Positions 39,445-51,191 of a DNA stretch of 64,000 nucleotides are shown one piece after another. The translations under genes and the position numbers were made by a program. Origin of the DNA: Vermamoeba vermiformis (taxonomy: Eukaryota). Positions within the stretch are counted from its first letter, which is position 1, and each line of letters begins with the position of its first letter. Under the pieces are notes generated by a model. The model saw only the letters and a program-made list of their open reading frames with translations. It did not search any database and was not told the DNA's origin. The DNA is taken from the NCBI GenBank assembly GCA_045837725.1, contig JBEWZL010000073.1, positions 124,001 through 188,000 of the forward strand, written 5' to 3'.

Positions 39445-40833
39445 TCAGAACCTCTTGCCCAGAATTCTATTCAATATTTTTTTTACCAAATACTTGACTG
39501 AATTGTATATAATGAGAACCAAAATTGTATTATATATGTAAGAAAAACATAACACCAATGCTGATGGTGAAACAGGAAGCAAAAATTTTGGACTAGTGAC
39601 CAGGACTAAATCGATAATCTGTGCCGCCCTCATTTTGCTCTTTTTACTTTCACGCATGAGTAATGTGCTCAAGTGGTGGCTTTGAGAGCTGGATATAAAT
39701 TCCATTGACGACAAAATGAAGTGGGAGGTGTTAGCAAAAAAATCATTGAGATAAACCCATTTCCCAACATTCCAATGATCCATTCTTTTTGTAGTTTCAT
39801 GAACTATAGGGCTGGATACTATTGCAACAAAAGGTTTGTTTGCAACAATTGTTCGGGTAACCTTGATATGCTCTGCTGTGATTAATACCCCTTTAATGAT
39901 TTCATTATCAATCAAGGAATCAAAACTATGATATAAAAAGCTAATGCATGAGGAGTTCTGCTGACTGCTGTCAGAACTTCCCAAAACCCAAACAAAAGCA
40001 ATTTCTTTTGTTTGCTTGCACAGTTTGTTACACTCTGCAATTAAATGTTGTTGATTTTGTCTGTTTAGTGGGCTACCTCCAAAATCTATCAGTATGATTT
40101 TCTTATCTGTATCCAAACGGGTCAATTTGTCATCTGAAAATATTGGACCAACCAAGTTGTAGTTAGAAGCATGTAACCTTGGGATTTCGTACCCAAAACT
40201 GGAATCTACAATGGTTATATGATTCCATACGTTAAATCCTAAGTTTAAGTAAGCCAAACCAGCATAGAATATCCAGTATTGGACTTTACGAAGCAAAAAT
40301 TCTTTGAAAACATTAATGTTGTTGTTTACAAATGGCTGAGGACTGAAATATGTTGGGAACCATTCCGGGTCGTTTACAGGGTCTATTAAAGGCCAGGGAT
40401 TATGCTTTATAATGGGAATTTTTGCATGGACTGCACCAAGTACAGCACCAAAACTAAGCATATCGACAACTGATAGACAAACATTTGTCTCCACAATAAC
40501 TCTCTGAATGAGTTCATATTGGCTTCTAACCTTAACAAGCATTGGATGATCCAAATCAATTAAAGGCAAATAAATTTTTTGATGAGGAATTCTATCAAAT
40601 ATTTTCTTTCTGGCTAATGTGCCATTGCCATTCATTTGAAAGTATTCTCCTTCTTCATTCATAAATGCAATATCCAAATCCTTTGACTTAATATTATTAT
40701 ACTCTTTTGCAATGGCTACCAAGGGATTCCAGTGGCGAACATCTTGGTTCGCAAAAAAAAGTACAGATTTAGCCTGAGTGAGCACTAAAAGAAGCAAAAC
40801 CAAGCTACAATATTTTAGTGAGAGTATTACCAT
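39445..40833 (-). CDS. Divergent UGT-like protein with a degenerate sugar-nucleotide signature
   Basis: Signal peptide, RHWNPL, VVDMLSFGA..A..AKIP, GYEIPR...VGP, IDFGG, FVWV, C-terminal TM; no WxPQ/HGGxNS/DQ motif. Confidence 0.7.
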   Translation of the reverse strand: MVILSLKYCSLVLLLLVLTQAKSVLFFANQDVRHWNPLVAIAKEYNNIKSKDLDIAFMNEEGEYFQMNGNGTLARKKIFDRIPHQKIYLPLIDLDHPMLVKVRSQYELIQRVIVETNVCLSVVDMLSFGAVLGAVHAKIPIIKHNPWPLIDPVNDPEWFPTYFSPQPFVNNNINVFKEFLLRKVQYWIFYAGLAYLNLGFNVWNHITIVDSSFGYEIPRLHASNYNLVGPIFSDDKLTRLDTDKKIILIDFGGSPLNRQNQQHLIAECNKLCKQTKEIAFVWVLGSSDSSQQNSSCISFLYHSFDSLIDNEIIKGVLITAEHIKVTRTIVANKPFVAIVSSPIVHETTKRMDHWNVGKWVYLNDFFANTSHFILSSMEFISSSQSHHLSTLLMRESKKSKMRAAQIIDLVLVTSPKFLLPVSPSALVLCFSYIYNTILVLIIYNSVKYLVKKILNRILGKRF

Positions 40834-40940
40834 TTATTTATTTTTCATAACTCAAAATTTGAAGGAAAACTACAAAACATGCTGTTCATGATTTATAAAT
40901 AAATGAACGAAACCTAAGGAACAACTGTCATTAAGCGTAT

Positions 40941-42936
40941 ATGGATTGGAGGCAAATTAAGGAGACAGGCAGATTAATGTGGATTATTTTGTCCAAAGCT
41001 ATTAGTGGCAGTAAATCCTCATATATTTCTGTTATTGCTCTCTCTTTGGTTTCAATGTTTGCTAATGTTGCTGGTCCCGAAAAATTGAAATCGATTATTG
41101 ATATGGAGGACATGAGTTCCCATCGTTTACTGCGATTAGTTGGAGAATTTGCGTTAATTATTGGAGGTTCTTCTATTGCTAGGTTCTTGTCTCTACGGAT
41201 AGTGTATGCATTGGCACGTCAAAATCAAAAGTATTGGCGTGAAAAAGTACTAGTTAAAATATATAGTCTCCCAATGGAGTGGCATGATAAACAGTCGGCT
41301 GGGGCAATAGGTAATTGATGGTGTAATAAGAAATATTTATTGTCTTTTTTTAATTAGTTTTATTCTAGCAAATTCTGTGGATGTTGGGTCGAGGGCTGTT
41401 TGGAGTTTGCTCAACGGATGTTTTGGGCAGGAGTTTCTGAATTCAATTCCTATTTTAATTGCTGTGTTTATCAACGGAATGAGAAGTTTTCCAGACTTTA
41501 TGATAATTTTCTTACTCCCAGTACCATGTTACTTGGTTGTAAACCTTTGGTTAAGGTAATTTTTCAAACTTTGTTTCTTCCTAAGATTTTCTTTCACTAG
41601 TAATGCTTTGGCAAAGAAAGCTGCAGTTTTAGGAAGCTTAAGAGTTGCTCTTAGCCGACTTCTTACAGACACCTTTGTCAATATCAAGGTGGTCAAATAT
41701 TTTGCAAACGAAAAAGTAGAAGCAGGTATTTATTTAATGTTAAAATTTCTTTAATGTTGATTTCTAAAAACTTATAATAAGGTCATTTTTCCACAAACTT
41801 TGATGAGTACTCTAAAAAGGAATTTGAAGTCGAGATCCTTAATTTCAGCAGAGTTCTTTTGCAGAGTATTGTTGATATAATTGCCAGAGTTGCACTATTA
41901 ATATTAGCGGCTTACAAAGTGCAACAAAAAGAATTGACCATTGGATCCATTACAATGTTGTTATCATATCAGCAAATGATTACAGGCCCTTTGAGTATTA
42001 TCAACTCGTCTGTGATTAGTTCATTCCAATTTCTTCGATTGTTTAAGGAAATTTTTGATATTCTAAATATTCCCCAACAAAAAAGAGCAGGGGAGGACGA
42101 TCTCCCTCCATTAAAAGGAGCTCTAAAGTTCAAGGATGTTTCATTCAAGTATGAAAATGGTCACTCAGCACTGCAAAACATAAACATTAGCATCAAAGCA
42201 AACAAGTCAGTTGCTATCTTTGGAAAGAGTGGAGCTGGTAAATCAACCATGATATCTTTGATGATGAATCAATACAGGCCAACAAAGGGAGACATTACAT
42301 GGAATAATGAAAGCATTGACAAATATTCATTAGCCTCCTTGCTAAAGCAAATAGCAATTGTTCCACAAGATTCTTGTCTATTTCTAAGGAGTATTACTGA
42401 TAACATCAAATATGGAGATCCATCTGCACCTATTACCCGAGTTATTCATGCTGCAAAGCTTGCTGGTGCCCACGATTTTATCATGAGTAAGGTAACTTAT
42501 AAAGGAGAGAAAATTTTCTTAATATTTTTAAAGAATTGCCCCGTCAATATGATACTGTAATTGGAGATGCTGGAACTCAGCTAAGTGGTGGCCAAAAGCA
42601 AAGAATAGCAATTGCAAGAGCGATTTTAAAAAACCCTAGTATTCTTATGTAAGAGATGTCCGTCTAATCTTTTTCATTCTAACAACAAGCAGTTTTGATG
42701 AAAGCACAAATAGTCTGGATTCTGAAAATGAGGCAGCAGTTCAATCATCAATTGCAAACTTAAAAACATCCGTAACTTTGATTATTATTTCTCATCATAT
42801 TTCAACCATTCAAAATATGGATGAAATAATTTTCTTGGAAGATGGAAGGGTTTCTGCTATTGGAACGATCCAGGAGTTATTAAAAAAGAGCTCCTCCTTC
42901 AGAAGTCTATACGAGTTACAAAAACATAAAAATTAA
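40941..42936 (+). CDS. ABCB-type half transporter (TMD-NBD), about 5 introns
   Basis: [38 protein letters not shown]. Confidence 0.9.
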
Positions 42937-42947
42937 AGTGAAATATT

Positions 42948-43922
42948 TTATTTTGTTTCCCTAGTAGCTAGCACGAGTTTCTTGACACAATCCAAAGCAG
43001 TATTTAAATTATCTACAAGCATGACTTTGTTTGCTGGTGGCTTCCAAGTTCTAATATAGCTTGATATTTTTCCATAGTTATTATCCATAATAACTTGAGG
43101 CTTACCCAATAAACTCGAAAGAATATGACCGTGTAATCGATCTGTTAAAATTACTGCTCCTTCTGCCAAATACTCGAAGCCTTCTTTGGTTTTTTTGTTA
43201 CACCATTCATCGTATTTTTGGGGATTAGGCTGTAAGAAAGGCTCCTCTGGAGACTGCAATAATCCTGAACTTGATAGCCAATCCCCAAATTTTACCGAAA
43301 ATCCCAAGGCTTTGCAAAAACTAATCACATTGCTTTCTTTTGAGTGGAGACAGCCAGAAGTTGACTCAACATCAGTTCTTGCCAGAACTACAACATCATA
43401 CTGTATTTTTCCTGAAGGAATGTTTGTGTTAAGAAAAGCAATATCAGGGACCATTTTTACAATTTGAGGGCTTCTCAATTCCTTGACTAATAATTCATAA
43501 CTAACATCATCCCTAACTAGAAAAGTAATATTGCTTTCCTCAATAATGTAATTTATGAGTTCCATGTTTGATTTCATATGTGCTTTATCCTTATAATAAA
43601 CACTCTGAGGGCACATGATCATTTTTTTTTCACGATTGATCTTCATGAACAATAGTCTAAACAAATGAGGCATCTTCCAGGTATCTCCAAAGTTTCCCCC
43701 TCCATGAAGTAAAACAAGGTCCACAGTTTTGTCGTCCCAGCTTGTAAGAGTTTTGCCTCTCTTTGTCATGAAAGAAGTTTCACCAGTATATATTGCACTG
43801 TCTCCCTTATTGTCATGCAATGGCGGATCAGGAATGCAATATTTGGTCCCTGTAATTAACAAATCCAGCTCTTTTTCAAGCTCGTTCCTCTGCCTATCAA
43901 CATAATTTTGCAGTTCAGACAT
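42948..43922 (-). CDS. Polysaccharide pyruvyltransferase (Pvg1/EpsO-like), intronless
   Basis: NKGDSAI, HGGGNFGDTW, PQS, VRD..S, PDIAF, TDRLHGHILS.LLG.P....NNYGK. Confidence 0.92.
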   Translation of the reverse strand: MSELQNYVDRQRNELEKELDLLITGTKYCIPDPPLHDNKGDSAIYTGETSFMTKRGKTLTSWDDKTVDLVLLHGGGNFGDTWKMPHLFRLLFMKINREKKMIMCPQSVYYKDKAHMKSNMELINYIIEESNITFLVRDDVSYELLVKELRSPQIVKMVPDIAFLNTNIPSGKIQYDVVVLARTDVESTSGCLHSKESNVISFCKALGFSVKFGDWLSSSGLLQSPEEPFLQPNPQKYDEWCNKKTKEGFEYLAEGAVILTDRLHGHILSSLLGKPQVIMDNNYGKISSYIRTWKPPANKVMLVDNLNTALDCVKKLVLATRETK

Positions 43923-44083
43923 TTGAACAAAGCAGTAAGGTCAATAATTATTTGACCTGAAAATTTTTCTTCAAAATAATAATCTAATTATAAACTAATT
44001 ATTTGTTTAAAAAACTTGTTATCCAAGCAAATCAGCTTCTGAATTTTCTTTTTATTTGGGCAGAAGTTTGTAAACTAAATTTT

Positions 44084-46130
44084 CTACATAGTGAAACTCC
44101 TTTTTCTGAGTTCACTATCAACATCCATGTCTTCCATTTGCAAAGCACTTACAAAAGAGTTGTAGACCCCCTTTTTTTCCATCAAGTTTGAATGAGTTCC
44201 TTCTTCAACTATAGAACCCTTGTTCATAACGAAAATATTGTCTGCAGATTCAATTATTTTTAGGCGATGGGCAATTACAATTGTTAATTTGTCTTTCAAT
44301 TGTGCCAGGGATTGTAGAAGTGCTTCTTCAGTTTCTGGGTTTGAAAAGAAATTGATTAATAGTTCAAATAAAAGAAAAGTATATTGATACTTGAATCTAG
44401 TGCACTAGTTGCTTCGTCTAATACAATAATTGGTGCATCGCGCAAAAACATTGCAGCCAGCTGAATTCTTTGTTTCTGGCCTCCTGAAAGCATCGTTCCT
44501 TTTTCTCCAATAAATGTTTTAATTCCTTCAGGAAGCTCTTCTACAAACGCTAGAGCTTCTGCTTTCTATTACAGCAAAATTTAGCAAAATTGGAAATGGT
44601 TGCTACCCAATATTACGCACCTTTAATGCTTCTATCATTTCCGCGACTGTTGCATTTTCCTTAGCAAATCTCAAGTTATCCTCTACAGAGCCACTGAAGA
44701 GCAATGAATCTTGGGAAACCCAGGAGATTTGTTTATGCCACCAACTTTCATCAACAGAATCCAACTGGAGGTCATTAATGAATACTTGCCCAGTTGTTGG
44801 TTTGAGCAATCCCATAAGCAAATGAGAGAGTGTAGATTTACCGGACCCTGAAAGTCCTACCAAAGCAATTGTCTGTCCCTTTGTAACTCTAATTGATACA
44901 TTCTTCAAAATCTTGGTTTCAGAGTTACCGTGCACAAAACTAACATCTTGTAATTCTAATTTTTCAACTGCATCTGAAGGTACGATTTTTTTTTGTGGTT
45001 CAGGCAATGTATCCGTTGACCTTCTTTCTACTAGCCTTTCTACTCCTGCTAAGAGAGCTCCTAGCTTTGCAACCTCTCCCACAGACGAAAATAAAGCGAT
45101 TGCAGATTTGAAGAGAGTAGTTGACTGCACATATAAGGTTACTAATGATCCTTTCTTCAATTCTCCAAGAGATTGATACACATAGAAAAGGAGTAATGCA
45201 ACATAAAAACCTTGCAAAAGCAGATAACTGACAAACCAAAGAATAGCTCTAAGAGTTTGCAATTGCTTGCTCAGATTGTCTATGAACTGTAAAATGATTT
45301 GTAGTATGGGTAATTCTTTCTCTGTTGATGAATAAAGTTTAACCAGCTTGAAATTTTGAACACGCTCAGCAAAGTACTTTCCAGCCTAGCATTCCGTATT
45401 AATAAAGAACAGGAACAAATCATATGATTTTACCTCACCATGCTTAGAAATTTTTAAGGGAGCGTATCTTTGAAGCCTTCTGGTGTAAACTTGAAATATT
45501 GAAAGCATTGCAACCACGGCTCCAAGAAATATAAGAAATAGCTGCCAGCTAATGATGCAAAATATTACTGCTGAAGAAATGATTCCAAAAATATTCCTCG
45601 CAAACTAAGGCATTGTTAAAAATATTAAAAATCAGTGAAGCTTACGTCTGATAGAAATTGCGTAGTTTGCTCAATAGATAGGGCGTTGGCTACAACCTTT
45701 GTCGACATCTCGCTACTGTTCTTATCGATAAAAAAAGATGCCTAATATACTACTTTAAAAAAACCTCGTTTTTCAATGTTGACTTACATCTTTATGAAGG
45801 ATAGACTCTGCAGAAAATACATAAATAAATTTCATTAACCTTCTTTCAAAACTCTTCCAAATTGCAAATACAATAGCATTCATTGATGAGGACAGAACGA
45901 AAGAAGCAGCAGTAAGAATAATATACAGGATTTGTTCTTCATAATTATCAGTATTAATAAAAAGACCAAATAGATAAGCTGTTGCAACACTAGCGCTTGA
46001 TTCCAAAAAAGTTACTAATTGGAAAGTTAACGATGCTGGTAATGAACTACTTGTACTTACAGAAAAAGGCAACTACCATAAAGGCTGTGGAATTGCTTGC
46101 TTTTGCAAATCTAAAGAAGTTGTCAATCAT
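44084..46130 (-). CDS. ABCB-type half transporter (TMD-NBD), about 6 introns
   Basis: [36 protein letters not shown]. Confidence 0.9.
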
Positions 46131-46247
46131 TTCATTAGTGCCTGTAATGCTGTGAAACACTTTTCTGATTAGCTGAATTTACAAACAATTTTTTTTGTTT
46201 TTTGATTTCAGCAGAAATAGTTTACATTTACTATTGTAAACCAAACC

Positions 46248-47146
46248 ATGGCTGTTTCTGATACCTAGTAAGAAATTTCTTTAATCCTAAATCAAACTTA
46301 CTCCGTTACTAGTGTTAAAAATGAAGCTGCCCTGAAAAAATATGCAGGGGAGGATGTTGATATGTTTACAGGCAAAACTATTAAAGTAGTAGATATTTTT
46401 GGCTTCAAGGTATATTATAGAGGAGAAATAAATTCTGCAGGTTCTTATTTAGCAGGAGTTTATGTGGAATACATTAAAAAACGATGGCCAGGCAGATTCT
46501 TTCAAACAGCATATGAAATAGGATGTGGGCCTGGTTTCATGGGCTTTGCCTTGCTGGCTTCGGGGCTATGCTCACATCTTGTCCTGTCAGACATTGATCC
46601 TTCATGTGAGGAAGTCATCAGATTAACTATTAATGAGAATAATTTGAAAGATTCAGTAGAGTTCTATGTTAGCAATTCACTAGATAATATTCCAAAGATT
46701 TTGAAATTTGATATTGTAGTATCAAATCCTCCATGGAGTTATGGTAAAAATAATCTCTCTCATTCGTTAATTTACTAATTTTATTCTCCCTTACAGAAAT
46801 TCCTGAAGAAGTTGGGTCCAGCATATCTTGGATTACAAAGACCCATCGTTATGACGTTGATTATGCTTTTGTGGCTAGCTTTTATCGTTCAATCAAAGAG
46901 TACCTTACTTTGGGGGCTCCAATCTTATGGGCAACAGGGATGCCATTGGAAAAAAAATTCTTTAGAATACCTGGAGCTACTGTTTACGAAAGACCAGAAC
47001 CTCCAATTATTAGACTTACTAAATATGTAATTGACGGTGGCCTCTTTCTCCGCGAAGTCTGCCATCCAGATAATACATTGTGGTCTTTCTGGCTTCTGGT
47101 TTCTGAGAATCCAAGAGTGTCTTTGGAGGACGCTTACATTATCTAA
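46248..47146 (+). CDS. Class I SAM methyltransferase with NPPW motif (HemK/PrmC-like N-methyltransferase), 2 introns
   Basis: YEIGCGPG, SDID, FDIVVSNPPW. Confidence 0.82.
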
Positions 47147-47549
47147 AAAAGGATGGTTTTAGGATTAGGTCTCAAAGAAATGTGTAACAAACACACTGAA
47201 AATACAATAAATATTGTACTATGGATTCAATTGGCCATTAAATTTCGCAGAATTCGACAATCTGATTCCAGAAAGCCGCAGCAAACTTTCAGTGAGAACT
47301 TTTAGGCAAATTATTAGACGGATTCACAACTTTTTTATCAGAGTTTGAACTACAATCGCTAATAGTGCTATGCATATTTCCAGGCTGGCATGTATTGATA
47401 GAAATCAGCTGATAATGAGTTGATGTTATGTTGAGTACTGAAAAAGAATCAGCCTACAATCTCGGGGGAAAGGTTTCAAACTGATTACTTTAAAGAAAGC
47501 TGTTGTCCTTTATTGAGCTGCTTAATCTTTTATGGCTGATAAGATTTTA

Positions 47550-49058
47550 CTATATTGATTGAAATCTACAGTCTATTCGAGTTGGACCTGCAATAACCCT
47601 GAAATGCAAATGAGCCTTTTTTACCATTTCAATTTCAGATACTTACGTATTTAAATACTGAATTGATTCATAATCAAAATTATCAACCTTGACCAAATCA
47701 AAAAGTTCACATACTAGTCCAAGAATTATTGAAGCTTCTGCCTTTGCCAATGATTTTCCAGGGCATATTCTGGGGCCAAATCCAAATCCAAAAAAGTTTG
47801 TCTTGTTTTGTTGCCCATAAATCCATTGCTCTGGATTAAAAGCCTTCGGATTAGGATAAGTTTCTTCACTGTAGTGACAATTTAAATAGGATAAAAATAT
47901 GATGTTATCCTTTGCCAAATTTATTTCTCCATAATTAAATGGAGAAGATGCTTGAAAAACGTTAAATGCTGCAGGTGGATATAACCTTATTGCTTCGTAA
48001 AAACATGCAGTAGTGAATTTTAGTTGGGCCATCAAAGCTGGAGTTTTAACAGGGAGAAGTTTAACCTCTTCTCTAACTTTTCTTAATGCTTCTACATTTT
48101 GAAGTAAGCAGTAAAACGTCCATACTAATGAAGCTTTTGTAGTATCGTGTCCAGCAAACAGGAAGGTCATTAAATTCCCTAAAACTTCTTCCTCTGTTGC
48201 CTTGTTCATTAAAAAATTTGCAGCAAAAGTTCCATCACCTTCAATATTTGACATTATAATTCCTTTAATGTGATTTAGTGCCTCTTGTAGTTTTTCATCA
48301 GAATTAGAAAGTATTGCTTTTAACGGAGATGATGTAAACAAATTCTCTAGACCAATGTTTAAGTCATGAAAATACTGAGATGTCTTTGATTCATTTTCAA
48401 TTGAATTCAGATCAAAGCCAAGAATTGCCAGGCAAATACAATCCAAGCTTACTTTCTCACAAAAAGTAAGAAGATTTTGATGAGGACTCTTTTTAAGCCA
48501 TTCTATTGCCCTCTGCCCCACTTGATAAAATTTATTGTAGGTTGTTCTAAACCAAATTAACAACAATCAAAGTATATGCCAGTTATAATACCACAAACCT
48601 TAGAAATTCTTCATTAAATGATTTTGCACATATTCCTCGTTGTCTCTGCCACTCTTTCCCCTCAGCTGTAAAAAGCCCTTTGTCCCCTCCGCATTCATTA
48701 ATTGATTTGGAAAGCTCCTGTATTCTCCTGAAGGAAAATTCGGTATAAAAAAAAAAAGAAGTGGTATTGTCTTACCATAGCTTGTTAACTCTTTGACTGT
48801 GTAAATACTTGATATCTTCTGCATTTGTTACCACTGGTATTGACTTGTTTGGCAAAATTGGGAGAAAATAATTATTTTTCCGCTTTTTCCCAATCTGTTT
48901 GTATCTGATTGGTAATTGTAAGTAATCAATAATACAATTACCTCATAAAGATACCAATGAAGGCGCTTTCGTGTATATAAATAGTACCAAGTAGTAAAAA
49001 AGTTTCTCAAACAATATGCTCCAATAACTAAGCTCGTTAACAAAATATAAAAAAGCAT
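47550..49058 (-). CDS. Cytochrome P450, multi-exon
   Basis: N-terminal anchor MLFYILL, AGHDTT, EAIRLYPP, FNPEQW, heme motif FGFGPRICPG. Confidence 0.93.
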
Positions 49059-49285
49059 TCTGGGCAATTTGATGTTTTTATGTTTCTGTGAATATTTGTG
49101 AAAAAGCAAAAAGTTGTTGAAAGAATTAGGTTTGTAGGTTAAACGGGATCTAACCTTCTGGAAAAATATTTCAATCGTTACTTATTTCAGACCAATAGTT
49201 AACAGCAATTATATTCATCTTATATAATAGTGCACATATATGCATACAAATCACATACGGCACAATCAACAATTTTTCCGTTTAC

Positions 49286-50604
49286 TTAGTACAAAAAGTA
49301 ATTATTATCCCTTCTTTCTAACTCCATAATAACAACTTGATATCGATTGTGGCGAGCTGATAGTGCACAAAAGCAGCTAATTACAGCCAATTTTTTTGCT
49401 TCAAGAGTCCATTCTGTGTGATTGGATCCCAAATTTCTAAGCCACTCCAACTCTGATCGTACAAGATCTTCCTGGCTCATCCAACGAAGAGTTCGGAAAT
49501 GGAAGTATCTTTTAAACATATCCACTTCTGCCATCGAATAGGCATTGCACTGTGGAAGACATTTTGTTTGTAGATACGAGTCTAAAAAAGAGTTTTGCCT
49601 CTGCATGGGATCGTCACAACCCCTTACCACTAACTGTAGCCATACTTTTCCTCCCGGTTTCAATAACTTATGTACTAATTTTACTGCTTTGTAACGATCA
49701 TTTAGTGGAATGTGTTCAAACATTTCACAGCAAGAAATGCTATCAAACACTCCAATGCCTTTATCTTCTATGTCTAGAAAGTTTGCATAGATGGGAGTGC
49801 AATTCTCCAACTTTTCATCAGTAATTCGCTTTTCAATGTAGGCTAGCTGGTCTTTGTTGTAAACTATCCCTTTAACTTTTAAATGTGGATACCTTTTGGA
49901 TGCACGCGTAATCATTGTTCCCCAACCACAACCAATATCCAAATAAGAAGTCTTTTTGTCAAGTTCCAAATACTCAAAGCATTGGTTAACTCTTTTAGAA
50001 TGGGCTTCCTCAGGAGTTTGAGAATCACTAGAAAAACTTGTGTGAGACCACATCTTTGGGGTTCCAATGAATTTTACAATTTCCTTATATAATAAAAATT
50101 AATACTACAAGCAATTGATTTGTTCTTACATTTGAAGAATAAACCGCCAAATCAACTTTTGAATTGTTCTGCTCCCAAGAATTTCGTTTTACATCATATG
50201 GGATACTTTGTGGAATCAATTAGCTGATGTCATGATTTTAAGGGAGAAACTTACCTGAGCAAAGCATACGCATCCATAATGCTTAAATTCCGTATGTATT
50301 TTTCCCACTGTCCATTGCACAGACTAATAAGTTGATAGGCTTCCCAAATATCCCCATGTAAAAGAAGTTTGCCATTAGTCCATGCTTCCCAAAAAGGTCC
50401 ATTATTCCCAATGGTTTTCAGATATCCTATTGCCTCAACACCAGAGAAGGACAATTTCAACTTATTTTTTGCATCACCAAAGGACAGGGGTTGGTTGAAA
50501 TAATCTATTTTAATAAAAGCATTATTGATTGCAGGTTGCCAATAAGCCTTTAACAATCGATTGATGCGAGATCTTGAGTAGAAAATTTTGCTAATCAAAC
50601 CCAT
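49286..50604 (-). CDS. CFA-synthase / coclaurine N-methyltransferase-like SAM methyltransferase, about 2 introns
   Basis: YDV.N.F...LG..MWSHT, LDIGCGWG, SCCEMFEHI, LLKPGGK. Confidence 0.85.
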
Positions 50605-51191
50605 GGAGCAGTAGTTAAAAAAGAAGAACACCTTGACAAAAAAAAATAGAACAGACATGAGATAATATGTATTCAATAAATTAAGCTAGTTTAAGTAATG
50701 TGTAGTAAAATGGGTTCCTAATAAAGGATAAAACCTGTCTGAATTTGCATTTTTTACCGCTTTAATTTTGTATTTAAAATTTTTTCTTAACAAACATTTT
50801 TTTGAATGAAATTGACAGGGGAATAGCATTCTATTGGTTTTTTTATATTGGAATTTAGCTACTTTCGTCCCATAAAGCATGTTTAAAGTTTAATATACCT
50901 AGTCAACTCTTAAAGTATGTTTTGAGAATCACTTATTCCTCTTTACATTATAAAGTCATTTTGTCCACTAACATATTAAGTTGGCACTCATTTATGATAA
51001 GGATAGTGTTCTTTTCTGCAGCTTCAGTAAATCAAGAAATATACCAAACAAACGTTTCATAGTGCAGCGTTTTTGGATTCCAATTTTTTTGGAATTATTT
51101 AGTAATAAGGATAATAACGCACTGTATTTCAACTAGAACTTTAATTAGAGAGAAAATTTTGTAAGCTTGCTGGTAGATGCAGAAAATTGCT

